From the IMG/VR virus record IMGVR_UViG_2778261390_000002, positions 1 through 14,781 of that record: a stretch of DNA of 14,781 nt; one strand, 5' to 3'. The stretch comes from a virus (Duplodnaviria > Heunggongvirae > Uroviricota > Caudoviricetes). Position 1 is the stretch's first letter, and each line of letters starts with the position of its first letter. Under the pieces are notes generated by a model. It ran no database searches. It was not told where the DNA came from and worked only from the letters and a program-made list of their open reading frames with translations. The translations under genes were made by a program, and so were the position numbers. This document shows positions 1 through 6,728 of the stretch, piece after piece.

Positions 1-1125
1 ACTGGCAAACGCCGCCATATCCGGAATTTGGTTTTGCCCGTTACCCACATTTCGTTTTGCCGCTTCTCCCAAACCAAGGTATGCGAGAAGACCAGCTACA
101 TCCTTTCCACTCAAATTAGTCAGCGTATTGTCCAGCGGTTGTTTACCTGCTAGCGCATTAAGCATTGTCGTGGCAAAGTTCGGGTCATTCCCCAGCGCCG
201 CCGCCAGTTCGTTCAATGTATCCAGTGCCGCAGGTGCAGAACCCACCATTCCTGCAATCGCCGATTTCACAAAAGCCGTAGTGGCAATCTGTGTATTGTT
301 GACCGACTGTGCCGCAGTAGGTGCTGTTGGCGTTCCGGTAAGTGCCGGACTCGACAGCGGCGCTTTCAGTGCCAGCGCATTATTAATAGTGGTACTGAAT
401 TTCGGGTCATTGTTAATGGCTGCGGCAATTTCTTTCAGTGTGTCCAGCGTGGCTGGCGCACCGTTAATCAGAGCAGTAATAGCGGCCTGAACAAACTCTG
501 TGGTCGCAATCCGAGTGGTGTTATTTCCTGCTGCAGGCGTCGGCGCTTTTGGTTCTCCGGTAAATGTCGGATTATGTTTCTGCGCATACTGGGTATGAGG
601 ATCTTGTGCGGCAATGTGGTTTCTCATCTGGTCATCCACATACAGCTTTAATTCCAGGACTTTATCATCCACGTATTTACGGGTTGCCAGCACTACAGCA
701 GGGTCGATTTTCAGGATGATATTGTCCGTACTGCTGGTAATCAGCACCATGCGCACGGTCTGGGTACGCCCGCTGCCTTCAGCCAGTTGCGGCTTATAGC
801 TTTCCGGGCAGTTTCCCACGGCAATCAATGCCCCGGACTCATCAAACAGGCCCACTTCACGTATCCACCAACCGCCCTCGTTTTCAGGGATCACCTGTTC
901 AGCAATAATCTGGCTACTGTTCTGCGGGTCGATATAAAGCATATTCAGCGCAGCCCGGCGTTTCTCATTTACCAGTGCCGTCTGCTTTGCGTCCGGCGTT
1001 GGCAATACTCCGCCGCCATCGCCCACCGCCATATGGGTAATTTTTAGCGGCACACCGAGCGCGGCGGCGCTGGCAAGTTTCGCCGCGCCAATATCCGTCA
1101 GCAGGGTATAAAATTTTGTGCTCAT
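1..1125 (-). CDS. H: Tail fibre protein (P2 gpH-like), N-terminal ~375 codons; the 3' end lies beyond the window start
   Basis: Minus-strand frame is open from ATG at 1125 down to position 1 with no stop, which is why it is absent from the ORF track. The ATG overlaps the I stop as ATGA. N-terminus translates MSTKFYTLLTDIGAA, resembling P2 gpH. Codons 243-151 translate ...PAALDTLNELAAALGNDPNFATTMLNAL, a typical phage tail-fibre repeat signature. Position directly downstream of I fits P2 order. Confidence 0.85.
   Translation of the reverse strand, partial: MSTKFYTLLTDIGAAKLASAAALGVPLKITHMAVGDGGGVLPTPDAKQTALVNEKRRAALNMLYIDPQNSSQIIAEQVIPENEGGWWIREVGLFDESGALIAVGNCPESYKPQLAEGSGRTQTVRMVLITSSTDNIILKIDPAVVLATRKYVDDKVLELKLYVDDQMRNHIAAQDPHTQYAQKHNPTFTGEPKAPTPAAGNNTTRIATTEFVQAAITALINGAPATLDTLKEIAAAINNDPKFSTTINNALALKAPLSSPALTGTPTAPTAAQSVNNTQIATTAFVKSAIAGMVGSAPAALDTLNELAAALGNDPNFATTMLNALAGKQPLDNTLTNLSGKDVAGLLAYLGLGEAAKRNVGNGQNQIPDMAAFAS
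152..595 (-). repeat. Intragenic tandem duplication (two units of about 222 nt) inside tail-fibre gene H
   Basis: About 152-373 and 374-595 align by eye at roughly 65 percent identity (for example agcgcattaagcattgtcgtggcaaagttcgggtcatt against agcgcattattaatagtggtactgaatttcgggtcatt). In the gene frame each unit carries an ...LDTLNELAAALGNDPNF...-type motif. Boundaries are approximate. Confidence 0.6.
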
Positions 1126-1727
1126 GGATTCACTCTCATTGTGTCAATAACATGGACCGCCCCGCCTTCATGCGCGGTGCCACCGGAAATAATCGTTTCG
1201 TTGATATACGGATAGATCGTGATTTCTTCGCCAAGATAGCTGGCGGCTCCCACCCAATACGGGCCGCTGGTCTGCAGATTGATGGACATGCCGATCATGT
1301 GGCGGCTACATGGTTTGGCATCGCTTATCAGTCGCTCAAGTTCCAGATAGATATCTTCAGTGATGCCCTGGTCCTGCACGCCGATATCCAGGCGAAACGT
1401 GCCCGGTGCCTCTCCGGTTTGCCACCACTCAATAATGCGGATCAGAAAGCCGAACGGCTCCACCACCCGCCGCACGGCACTGGTGGTCCCTTTATGCTGA
1501 TGAATATAAAAAGCATCCTTCACCACCTGGCGCTTGACGCTTTCTGTCCAGCCTTCGTCCCAGCGATCCACAGAGAACGCCCAGGCGAGATAAGGCAGGA
1601 AGCTGACCGGGCAGGTAGCCGGATTCCACAAGTCACGCAGCGGCACCTGCAGATCAGAAATCCCGCTGCACGTTTGCGCCAGTCGGCGCTCCAGTGAAGT
1701 TGACCCCGATGGCAGCAGACTATTCAT
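1122..1727 (-). CDS. I: Baseplate assembly protein I (P2 gpI-like)
   Basis: 201-aa ORF starting MNSLLPSGSTSLERR..., containing WNPATCP and LAWAFSVDRWDEGW stretches that I recognise as gpI-like. ATG at 1727 with a G-rich SD-like sequence upstream. Overlaps the J stop and the H start, as expected for a translationally coupled baseplate operon. Confidence 0.9.
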   Translation of the reverse strand: MNSLLPSGSTSLERRLAQTCSGISDLQVPLRDLWNPATCPVSFLPYLAWAFSVDRWDEGWTESVKRQVVKDAFYIHQHKGTTSAVRRVVEPFGFLIRIIEWWQTGEAPGTFRLDIGVQDQGITEDIYLELERLISDAKPCSRHMIGMSINLQTSGPYWVGAASYLGEEITIYPYINETIISGGTAHEGGAVHVIDTMRVNP

Positions 1728-2628
1728 CCGTTCCCCCGTTGGTCACGCTCCACTCCGTACATGATGCCGCCTGCGTTTTGTTCAAAACCACATCCGCCAG
1801 CGGCGAAGCCAGCTCCACACGCTGCACACCCTCAACATGCAGGGCGGCAAAGATGGCGCTACGGCGAATATCCCGACCAAGCCGCGTCTGACTGGCGATG
1901 TATTTCTGCAGGCTGGCTTTTGCCGCTGCCATTACCGGCTCTGCTTCCGGTCCCGGATAGAGAAAAATGGTGGCTTCCACGCGATACGGGATGATTTCTG
2001 CGCTGCGAACCGTCAGACGGTCAGCCACCGGGCGGACGTTCTCACTGTTCAGAGCTTTTTCCACCACGTCCAGCAGGTCTTTTTCTGCAGTTCCATCGCC
2101 TTCGCGGCTAAGGACAGTCAGCACCACCTCTGCAGGTGCCGGGCTGGTTGCACTGGCATCCGCCACCCGACCGTCGGCGCTTCGGGCATGAAATTCATAA
2201 GCTGCAGTTGGCCCCGCAACAGAAAGCCCTTCAAAGGCTGCAGGCACACGCAGGCGTAACGCTTCATCGCTTTCCATCACAGCCGCAACGGGTGGCACAG
2301 CGTCATTATCAGCAGGCGTCACCGTCAGGCGTTTCACGTTGTAGTTGGCAGCGAGCTGGTCAAGATCGCCGCCCATTGCGTAAGCCACCATCACAGCCTG
2401 CGCGGCTTCGTTAATGCGCTGGCGCAGAAGCAACTCACGGTAAGCGTTCTCCTGCAGCAATTTGGTGACGGGTTCAGATTCCAGTTCCAGCGTGCGGATC
2501 ACTGCTTCCTGCTCATCTTTCGGATGAAGCGCAACAAATTCGGCCTTGCGTTCGGCAAGCAGCGTCTCAAAGTCCGGCACATCGACAATCTGCGGCGCAG
2601 GCAACTGCGAAAGGTCAATCACTGCCAT
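1720..2628 (-). CDS. J: Baseplate wedge protein J (P2 gpJ-like)
   Basis: Protein from the internal ATG at 2628 starts MAVIDLSQLPAPQIVDVPDFETLLAERKA... and is 302 aa, the length I recall for P2 gpJ. AGGAG lies 6-10 nt upstream of this ATG. The ORF-track start at 2667 is a GTG giving a 13-aa extension that I consider unlikely. Confidence 0.9.
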   Translation of the reverse strand: MAVIDLSQLPAPQIVDVPDFETLLAERKAEFVALHPKDEQEAVIRTLELESEPVTKLLQENAYRELLLRQRINEAAQAVMVAYAMGGDLDQLAANYNVKRLTVTPADNDAVPPVAAVMESDEALRLRVPAAFEGLSVAGPTAAYEFHARSADGRVADASATSPAPAEVVLTVLSREGDGTAEKDLLDVVEKALNSENVRPVADRLTVRSAEIIPYRVEATIFLYPGPEAEPVMAAAKASLQKYIASQTRLGRDIRRSAIFAALHVEGVQRVELASPLADVVLNKTQAASCTEWSVTNGGTDE

Positions 2629-2974
2629 TCTCTGCTCCTGTTGATACGGAAAGGGAAACAGGCACACCGTTATTACGCCGCCCGGTCAGCCCCACCACCA
2701 TTGAACCGTCAAAATTGCTGTTGATGGTGATGGAATCCAGCATCAGCCGTGGCTCCCAGCGACTCAGTGCCACATACACAGCCGACATGACCTGCAGCCG
2801 TAATGCCGGATTTTGTGGCTGATCTATTAAAGCCGACAGCAGAGAACCATATTCACGACGAGCAATGCGGCTACCCTGCGGCGTCAGCAGAATGTCCCGC
2901 ACCGACTGGCGCAGATGGTCAATATCAGTAATGGCTTTGCCGCTGGTATTGTTCATCCCGCTATAAAGCGTCAT
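2615..2974 (-). CDS. W: Baseplate wedge protein W (gp25/GPW family)
   Basis: 119-aa ORF starting MTLYSGMNNTSGKAITDIDHLRQSVRDILLTPQGSR..., GPW-like. ATG at 2974 overlaps the V stop (ATGA). GGAGG SD upstream. Confidence 0.9.
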   Translation of the reverse strand: MTLYSGMNNTSGKAITDIDHLRQSVRDILLTPQGSRIARREYGSLLSALIDQPQNPALRLQVMSAVYVALSRWEPRLMLDSITINSNFDGSMVVGLTGRRNNGVPVSLSVSTGAENGSD

Positions 2975-3549
2975 ACCGGGCCTCCGGTTGTGTCGCCGCC
3001 TTTCAGGACACCAGTATGCTGATGCGCATCAAGCACGATCCCGTTAGAACTCATCGCTCCGCCGCCCTGGGTAACACCGCCATTGATCACCACGTCGCTG
3101 TTAATGCGTGTGCGGTCAGCCTCCAGTACAAACTCACTGGTTTTCAGGGTGATGTTGTCGACAGCCTCAATGACCATTGATTTGATGCCCCTGACATACC
3201 AGCGCCCGGTGGCGGGTTCGTATTCAAACCAGCCACCGTCAGGATATTCTGTCACGCAGGCGTCCGCCGACGTCGACGGCGGTGCGAACTGATTCGAATA
3301 GACAGCGGGCAACGCAAAGGCGGTTTCCAGATTGCCACCCAGACTCAGCAGCACCACCTGCTCACCTTCCGATGGTCGCCACCATGTGCGTGCATTCCCG
3401 GCACGCAGCGTCAGCCAGCTGATCCAGTTGGTTTCAAGGTCGCCCGTTTTCACCCGGCAAAGCCAGTTCTCCCGGTCCACTTCGGTGACTACACCAGTGC
3501 GAATCAGGTTGGTGATAAGGCGCATGATTTCGGTTAAATGTGCGTTCAT
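2971..3549 (-). CDS. V: Baseplate spike / assembly protein V (P2 gpV-like)
   Basis: 192-aa ORF starting MNAHLTEIMRLITNLIRTGVVTEVD..., gpV-like. First gene after the S-V intergenic region. No SD upstream of the ATG at 3549; a late-promoter-like architecture ends 6 nt before it, so the mRNA may be leaderless. An internal ATG at 3525 is an alternative start. Confidence 0.85.
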   Translation of the reverse strand: MNAHLTEIMRLITNLIRTGVVTEVDRENWLCRVKTGDLETNWISWLTLRAGNARTWWRPSEGEQVVLLSLGGNLETAFALPAVYSNQFAPPSTSADACVTEYPDGGWFEYEPATGRWYVRGIKSMVIEAVDNITLKTSEFVLEADRTRINSDVVINGGVTQGGGAMSSNGIVLDAHQHTGVLKGGDTTGGPV

Positions 3550-3613
3550 GAGAAAAAACTAACCGCCATTGCAAACGCAATCGAGTAGATAGGAATGTTT
3601 GATTCATGGCACA
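3550..3613 (-). promoter_or_regulatory. Candidate Ogr-type late promoter for V: TGT-N12-ACA box plus -10-like hexamer
   Basis: TGTTTGATTCATGGCACA at 3596-3613 matches the TGT-N12-ACA dyad of P2/P4 late promoters. Its centre is 55.5 nt upstream of the A of the V ATG. On the minus strand TAGTTT (3561-3556) sits 34 nt after the box and 6 nt before the ATG. The same spacing is seen upstream of P. Confidence 0.55.
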
Positions 3614-3641
3614 ATACGTTGCTTACTTTTAAGGATATAAA

Positions 3642-4403
3642 ATGAAAGACAATTTAAATCTTCTTATAAAAAAATTAATAAGAAAGGCATTTCCTGAATT
3701 TAGCAATAAGGTAACATGGACTTTACTCACTGCAGGGATCGGTATTCTTGCACTACCTGCACCCACATATTTATTATTCGTAAACCTTATAATTGATTTT
3801 TACAACAAAACAACTAATTCAGAAATCAGCCTTCTTAAGATTGATAGCATTACACCAAGTAGTGGGGTTGCTTTAACTTTAATTCTATCCGGGCTAGTCT
3901 TTCACCTATTAATAAAAGCCCCCCATATATACCAAGAAATTCTAAAAGAGAATAACCAAAAAGAAATACAGGAAAGAAAAAGAGTAGCAGACGTTAAACT
4001 TTATGAGGCATTTATTGATATTCTACCTACAACCTCGTTATCAATTGAATTCTTAAAAGACCATGATTTTGAAAACTCCTATCATGATAATAATACAAAA
4101 GATATTAGTAATCTTGAATACGGGTGGGGTCATGCAGATCAACATTTTCATGACAATGAAATTGAAGATAAAGCCACTCATCTTTACAGTGAAATAATAA
4201 AGTTTAATTATTTTCTCGCTTATAAATCGCACAATATCAATGACTATATGTTTAGCATGCTTACTGACAGAGATCGAGCTATGGTGATGGAATTACTACC
4301 TCAAACAAAGGAAAATATAAAAATAGCCAATGAGTGGAGTTCTACAATTCATCAGCTTTACTGTGACTTTATCTCCACATGTAGGAATAACTTAGCCATA
4401 TAA
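3642..4403 (+). CDS. Hypothetical membrane protein encoded by an AT-rich moron between V and S; function unknown
   Basis: 253-aa ORF on the strand opposite to all flanking late genes. ATG at 3642 is preceded by AAGGA at 7 nt spacing. Composition is strongly AT-rich (by eye about 30 percent GC against mid-50s or higher in neighbours). Two hydrophobic segments (VTWTLLTAGIGILALPAPTYLLFVNLIIDF and VALTLILSGLVFHLLI) are followed by a roughly 160-aa polar, charged domain. I recognise no catalytic motif. Confidence 0.7.
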   Translation: MKDNLNLLIKKLIRKAFPEFSNKVTWTLLTAGIGILALPAPTYLLFVNLIIDFYNKTTNSEISLLKIDSITPSSGVALTLILSGLVFHLLIKAPHIYQEILKENNQKEIQERKRVADVKLYEAFIDILPTTSLSIEFLKDHDFENSYHDNNTKDISNLEYGWGHADQHFHDNEIEDKATHLYSEIIKFNYFLAYKSHNINDYMFSMLTDRDRAMVMELLPQTKENIKIANEWSSTIHQLYCDFISTCRNNLAI

Positions 4404-4421
4404 ATTATATGCTGTAGTTAA

Positions 4422-4865
4422 TTAAGACAAGTAACGAAAAAAAATATCACGAGTTATCATTTCCGCTTCGTCGTTAACACCCAAAAGGCGACGCTCTGCA
4501 TAACGGACCTCAGGTCCCTTACGACTGACACGATCGCGCAGGCCGTAGTGATGAACGCGGGCAATGCGCTGCACCTTACCTTCAAACTGCACGCTGGCAG
4601 AATCGGCGCTGGCGGCAGTTTTCAGATATTTTGTGGTGCGCAGCTTTGCAAACATCTGACGTTTGATACGCCCCTTTTTACTGCGTGCTGTTACCCGTCG
4701 CGGTTCATAACTACTGCCATCTGGATTGCGCTGCATCCTGATGTTCTTCTGTTGTGTCCGGCGCAGTTCCTGCGCCAGCTGGCGCATCATGCGACTTCTC
4801 GTGGCTGGTTCCAGATTCGCCAGCAAGGCACTCAACCAGTCGTCCACCTTCTGCAGTTCAGCCAC
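4422..4865 (-). CDS. S: Tail completion protein S (P2 gpS-like)
   Basis: 147-aa ORF starting (GTG)AELQKVDDWLSALLANLEPATRSRMMRQLAQELRR..., gpS-like. The start codon at 4865 is GTG, with no nearby in-frame ATG. Overlaps the R stop by 8 nt. The last 6 or so codons lie in the AT-rich moron segment. Confidence 0.85.
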   Translation of the reverse strand: MAELQKVDDWLSALLANLEPATRSRMMRQLAQELRRTQQKNIRMQRNPDGSSYEPRRVTARSKKGRIKRQMFAKLRTTKYLKTAASADSASVQFEGKVQRIARVHHYGLRDRVSRKGPEVRYAERRLLGVNDEAEMITRDIFFRYLS

Positions 4866-5289
4866 GTTTCACCGTCCACATTTCTTCAGGTTCATCGGGT
4901 TCTGCTACAGCTTCAACGCTCGACACACTGCCGTCAGTGCTGACCAGCACACGCTCCGTCAGTTGCAGGTTCAGGCTGATATCACAGACATCGTTGCGCA
5001 GAATATCCACCTCAAAGGTGAATAGTTTTTCCCGTAACGCCGGGTTATTGATGGCATCGGGCTGGTTATCCCTCAGCCACAGCAAAACCGGGGCCATCAG
5101 CAGATTCTGGTCGCCGCTGAAATCCTCAATCACCGCGTTCAGGGTGTAACGGTACTCCCACGACATGGAGCTGGCCCCCGTGGCAACCAGCGAACCGTTA
5201 TCCACAAACAGATGCAGTTTGTCCGGGTTATTGCGGACATAAGGCACCGCTTTATTGAGGGCGTGGCGCAGGGATTGTGGTTTGTTCAC
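4858..5289 (-). CDS. R: Tail completion protein R (P2 gpR-like)
   Basis: Protein VNKPQSLRHALNKAVPYVRNNPDKLHLFVDNGS... resembles the gpR N-terminus from its first residue. Start is therefore most likely GTG at 5289, with AGGAG 9 nt upstream. The ORF-track start at 5310 is a TTG adding 7 residues. Confidence 0.8.
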   Translation of the reverse strand: MNKPQSLRHALNKAVPYVRNNPDKLHLFVDNGSLVATGASSMSWEYRYTLNAVIEDFSGDQNLLMAPVLLWLRDNQPDAINNPALREKLFTFEVDILRNDVCDISLNLQLTERVLVSTDGSVSSVEAVAEPDEPEEMWTVKRG

Positions 5290-5542
5290 TGTTTCGCTCC
5301 TGACACGCAATAATCATGTCCACTTTGTCTGCACAGACCGCCCAGGCAGCCTCCGTTTCATCCAGCAACGCGTTCAGATCACCATTAGTGCGCGGCGCTG
5401 CCTGCTCCAGCCGACACGGAGTCACTTGCGGACAACCACTGACGGTAAGCTGCACCTCCGGTGAGCGTGGGGCGTTCCCGCAGCCGGATAATGTCAGCAG
5501 GCAAAGGAGTATCAGCCCAGCGGCGTAAATCCTCGTTCTCAC
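5252..5542 (-). CDS. lysC: Outer-membrane spanin lipoprotein (LysC / Rz1-like o-spanin)
   Basis: 96-aa ORF starting at GTG 5542 with GAGGA SD 9 nt upstream. N-terminus MRTRIYAAGLILLCLLTLSGC is a lipoprotein signal peptide with a lipobox; the mature part is Pro-rich. It begins inside lysB in a different frame and runs past the lysB stop, the overlapped arrangement typical of P2 lysB/lysC. Confidence 0.75.
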   Translation of the reverse strand: MRTRIYAAGLILLCLLTLSGCGNAPRSPEVQLTVSGCPQVTPCRLEQAAPRTNGDLNALLDETEAAWAVCADKVDMIIACQERNSEQTTIPAPRPQ

Positions 5543-5813
5543 GTTTCAGTTCCTCAATCCGGTGTTGTCGTTGTCTCAGCAGTGCGCTGGTCTGTTCTGC
5601 GTCGGCATAGAGCCGCGCCTGCTCCCGGTTGTTGGTTTCAGCCAGAATTGACAGACCGATCAGCTGGCTATTTTTCTTCGTTAGTTCCTGCGCTTTACTT
5701 TTCAGCGCCGCGCGCTGCGTTTCGATGGTGTGGCTGGCGCTGTTAAGCCGCCACGACTGCCAGCCCAGCGCAACGAGTGCCAGCGCCACCACTACTGCCA
5801 GAGCACGTGTCAT
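5385..5813 (-). CDS. lysB: Inner-membrane spanin (LysB / Rz-like i-spanin)
   Basis: 142-aa ORF with an N-terminal TM helix (LAVVVALALVALGW) followed by a charged, coiled-coil-like region (ELTKKNSQL...RIEELKRENEDLRRW). ATG at 5813 overlaps the K stop (ATGA). Sits immediately after the endolysin. Confidence 0.8.
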   Translation of the reverse strand: MTRALAVVVALALVALGWQSWRLNSASHTIETQRAALKSKAQELTKKNSQLIGLSILAETNNREQARLYADAEQTSALLRQRQHRIEELKRENEDLRRWADTPLPADIIRLRERPTLTGGAAYRQWLSASDSVSAGAGSAAH

Positions 5814-6325
5814 AGTCCAGCTCCTTTAAGGCACCAGGCCATCTCCCGCGCACGGCGGTTATCCAGCCCCTGATTAAAAACACCTTTTACATAAACCCAG
5901 CGCGGCAACTGTCGGCACGCATCCGCCCAGCGCCGCTGATTGAGTAATTTTACCAGTGTGGAACTGCAGGCATTTCCCGTTCCCACGTTGAAGGCAAACG
6001 ACACCGCAGCGTCATACACCTTCTGCGGCGGCTGTTGCTTCACACACCTTTCCAGCGCCCGCTCCACACGCAGCACGTTGGAGATCAGCCCTTCCGCTGC
6101 CTGTCGTTCCGTAATGGTTTTGCCCGGGATGACGCCCGATGTATTACCAATGCCGTCGGTCCAGACACCCGCGCTGCACTGATACGGCTGCAGACGACAG
6201 CCTTCGTAATCAGCAATCAGTTTCAGCCCCTCCACGGAGGTGTGAAGCTGCTGAAAACCCGGCAGCGTGGCAGCAATAGCCAGCACGGTCCCGACAAGGC
6301 AGCGTTTAACGATTGATGGATTCAT
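5810..6325 (-). CDS. K: SAR endolysin, GH24 lysozyme family (P1 Lyz-type)
   Basis: 171-aa ORF with an N-terminal signal-anchor-release-like segment (KRCLVGTVLAIAATLPG) and a lysozyme core containing E41-x8-C50-x5-T56 plus Cys43 and Cys9. This is the same layout as the P1 Lyz catalytic triad and caging cysteines. ATG at 6325 with GGGAGG SD. Confidence 0.9.
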   Translation of the reverse strand: MNPSIVKRCLVGTVLAIAATLPGFQQLHTSVEGLKLIADYEGCRLQPYQCSAGVWTDGIGNTSGVIPGKTITERQAAEGLISNVLRVERALERCVKQQPPQKVYDAAVSFAFNVGTGNACSSTLVKLLNQRRWADACRQLPRWVYVKGVFNQGLDNRRAREMAWCLKGAGL

Positions 6326-6521
6326 AGTCCTCCCGCGAGATCTGCCCGTCGCGCAGAAGCTGGTAGGCTTTGTGTTTGTAGTACCAGTTGATAGCCAGCA
6401 TCAGCACACCAATCATCAGGCCGCCCAGCGTTGAGGCATCCTTGATGGACAAATCGCCCAGCCAGGCCAGCACGACGGCGATGCAATACGTGATAAAGGC
6501 GCTGATTCGCTCAAGCGTCAT
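6306..6521 (-). CDS. Y: Holin, class II (two TM segments; possible pinholin)
   Basis: 71-aa ORF with two hydrophobic helices (ISAFITYCIAVVLAWL and LGGLMIGVLMLAINWYY) and a charged C-terminus. Lies immediately upstream of, and overlapping, the endolysin gene, at the position of P2 Y. Confidence 0.75.
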   Translation of the reverse strand: MTLERISAFITYCIAVVLAWLGDLSIKDASTLGGLMIGVLMLAINWYYKHKAYQLLRDGQISREDYESINR

Positions 6522-6524
6522 AAT

Positions 6525-6728
6525 TCAGTCCCATAGCTGGACGGTCTGCACGGTGGTGGTGGTCGGAATGTCCGGCAGCTCCACCTGCAGCCCGTGAGGT
6601 AAAAAGGGGCCATATTCGGCAAGCCCCGGATTTGCCTTCAGTACCTGCTCCGTGACACCCTGCGTGCGCCCGTAATGACGCCAGCAAAGCGCGTCCACCG
6701 TGTCATACTGATGCGCACGCACTTTCAT
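6525..6728 (-). CDS. X: Tail protein X (P2 gpX-like)
   Basis: 67-aa ORF MKVRAHQYDTVDALCWRHYGRTQGVTEQVLKANPGL..., matching gpX in size and sequence. Its ATG at 6728-6726 shares one nucleotide with the L stop codon (TGATG). Confidence 0.85.
   Translation of the reverse strand: MKVRAHQYDTVDALCWRHYGRTQGVTEQVLKANPGLAEYGPFLPHGLQVELPDIPTTTTVQTVQLWD

Noticed and set aside
128-490. Plus-strand 120-aa ORF with repetitive Ala/Ser-rich translation
   Set aside because: Antisense shadow of the tail-fibre gene H repeat region. Its repetitiveness mirrors the H internal duplication. No start context, and it lies fully within a well-supported minus-strand gene.
1116-1697. Plus-strand 193-aa ORF
   Set aside because: Entirely antisense to gpI, which has a recognisable sequence. 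This is a typical long spurious frame in GC-rich DNA.
1761-2414. Several plus-strand ORFs (77, 140, 74, 92 aa), Arg/Pro/Ala-rich
   Set aside because: All lie antisense within gpJ. Low-complexity, GC-driven composition, with no RBS.
2629-2667. GTG-initiated 13-aa N-terminal extension of J (MCLFPFPYQQEQR)
   Set aside because: The internal ATG at 2628 has a perfect AGGAG SD and gives the 302-aa length expected for gpJ. The extension would overlap W by 53 nt.
5810-5813. Expected lysA-like gene between endolysin K and lysB
   Set aside because: Not present. The K stop and lysB start overlap (ATGA), so there is no room for it. This is an absence, not a feature.
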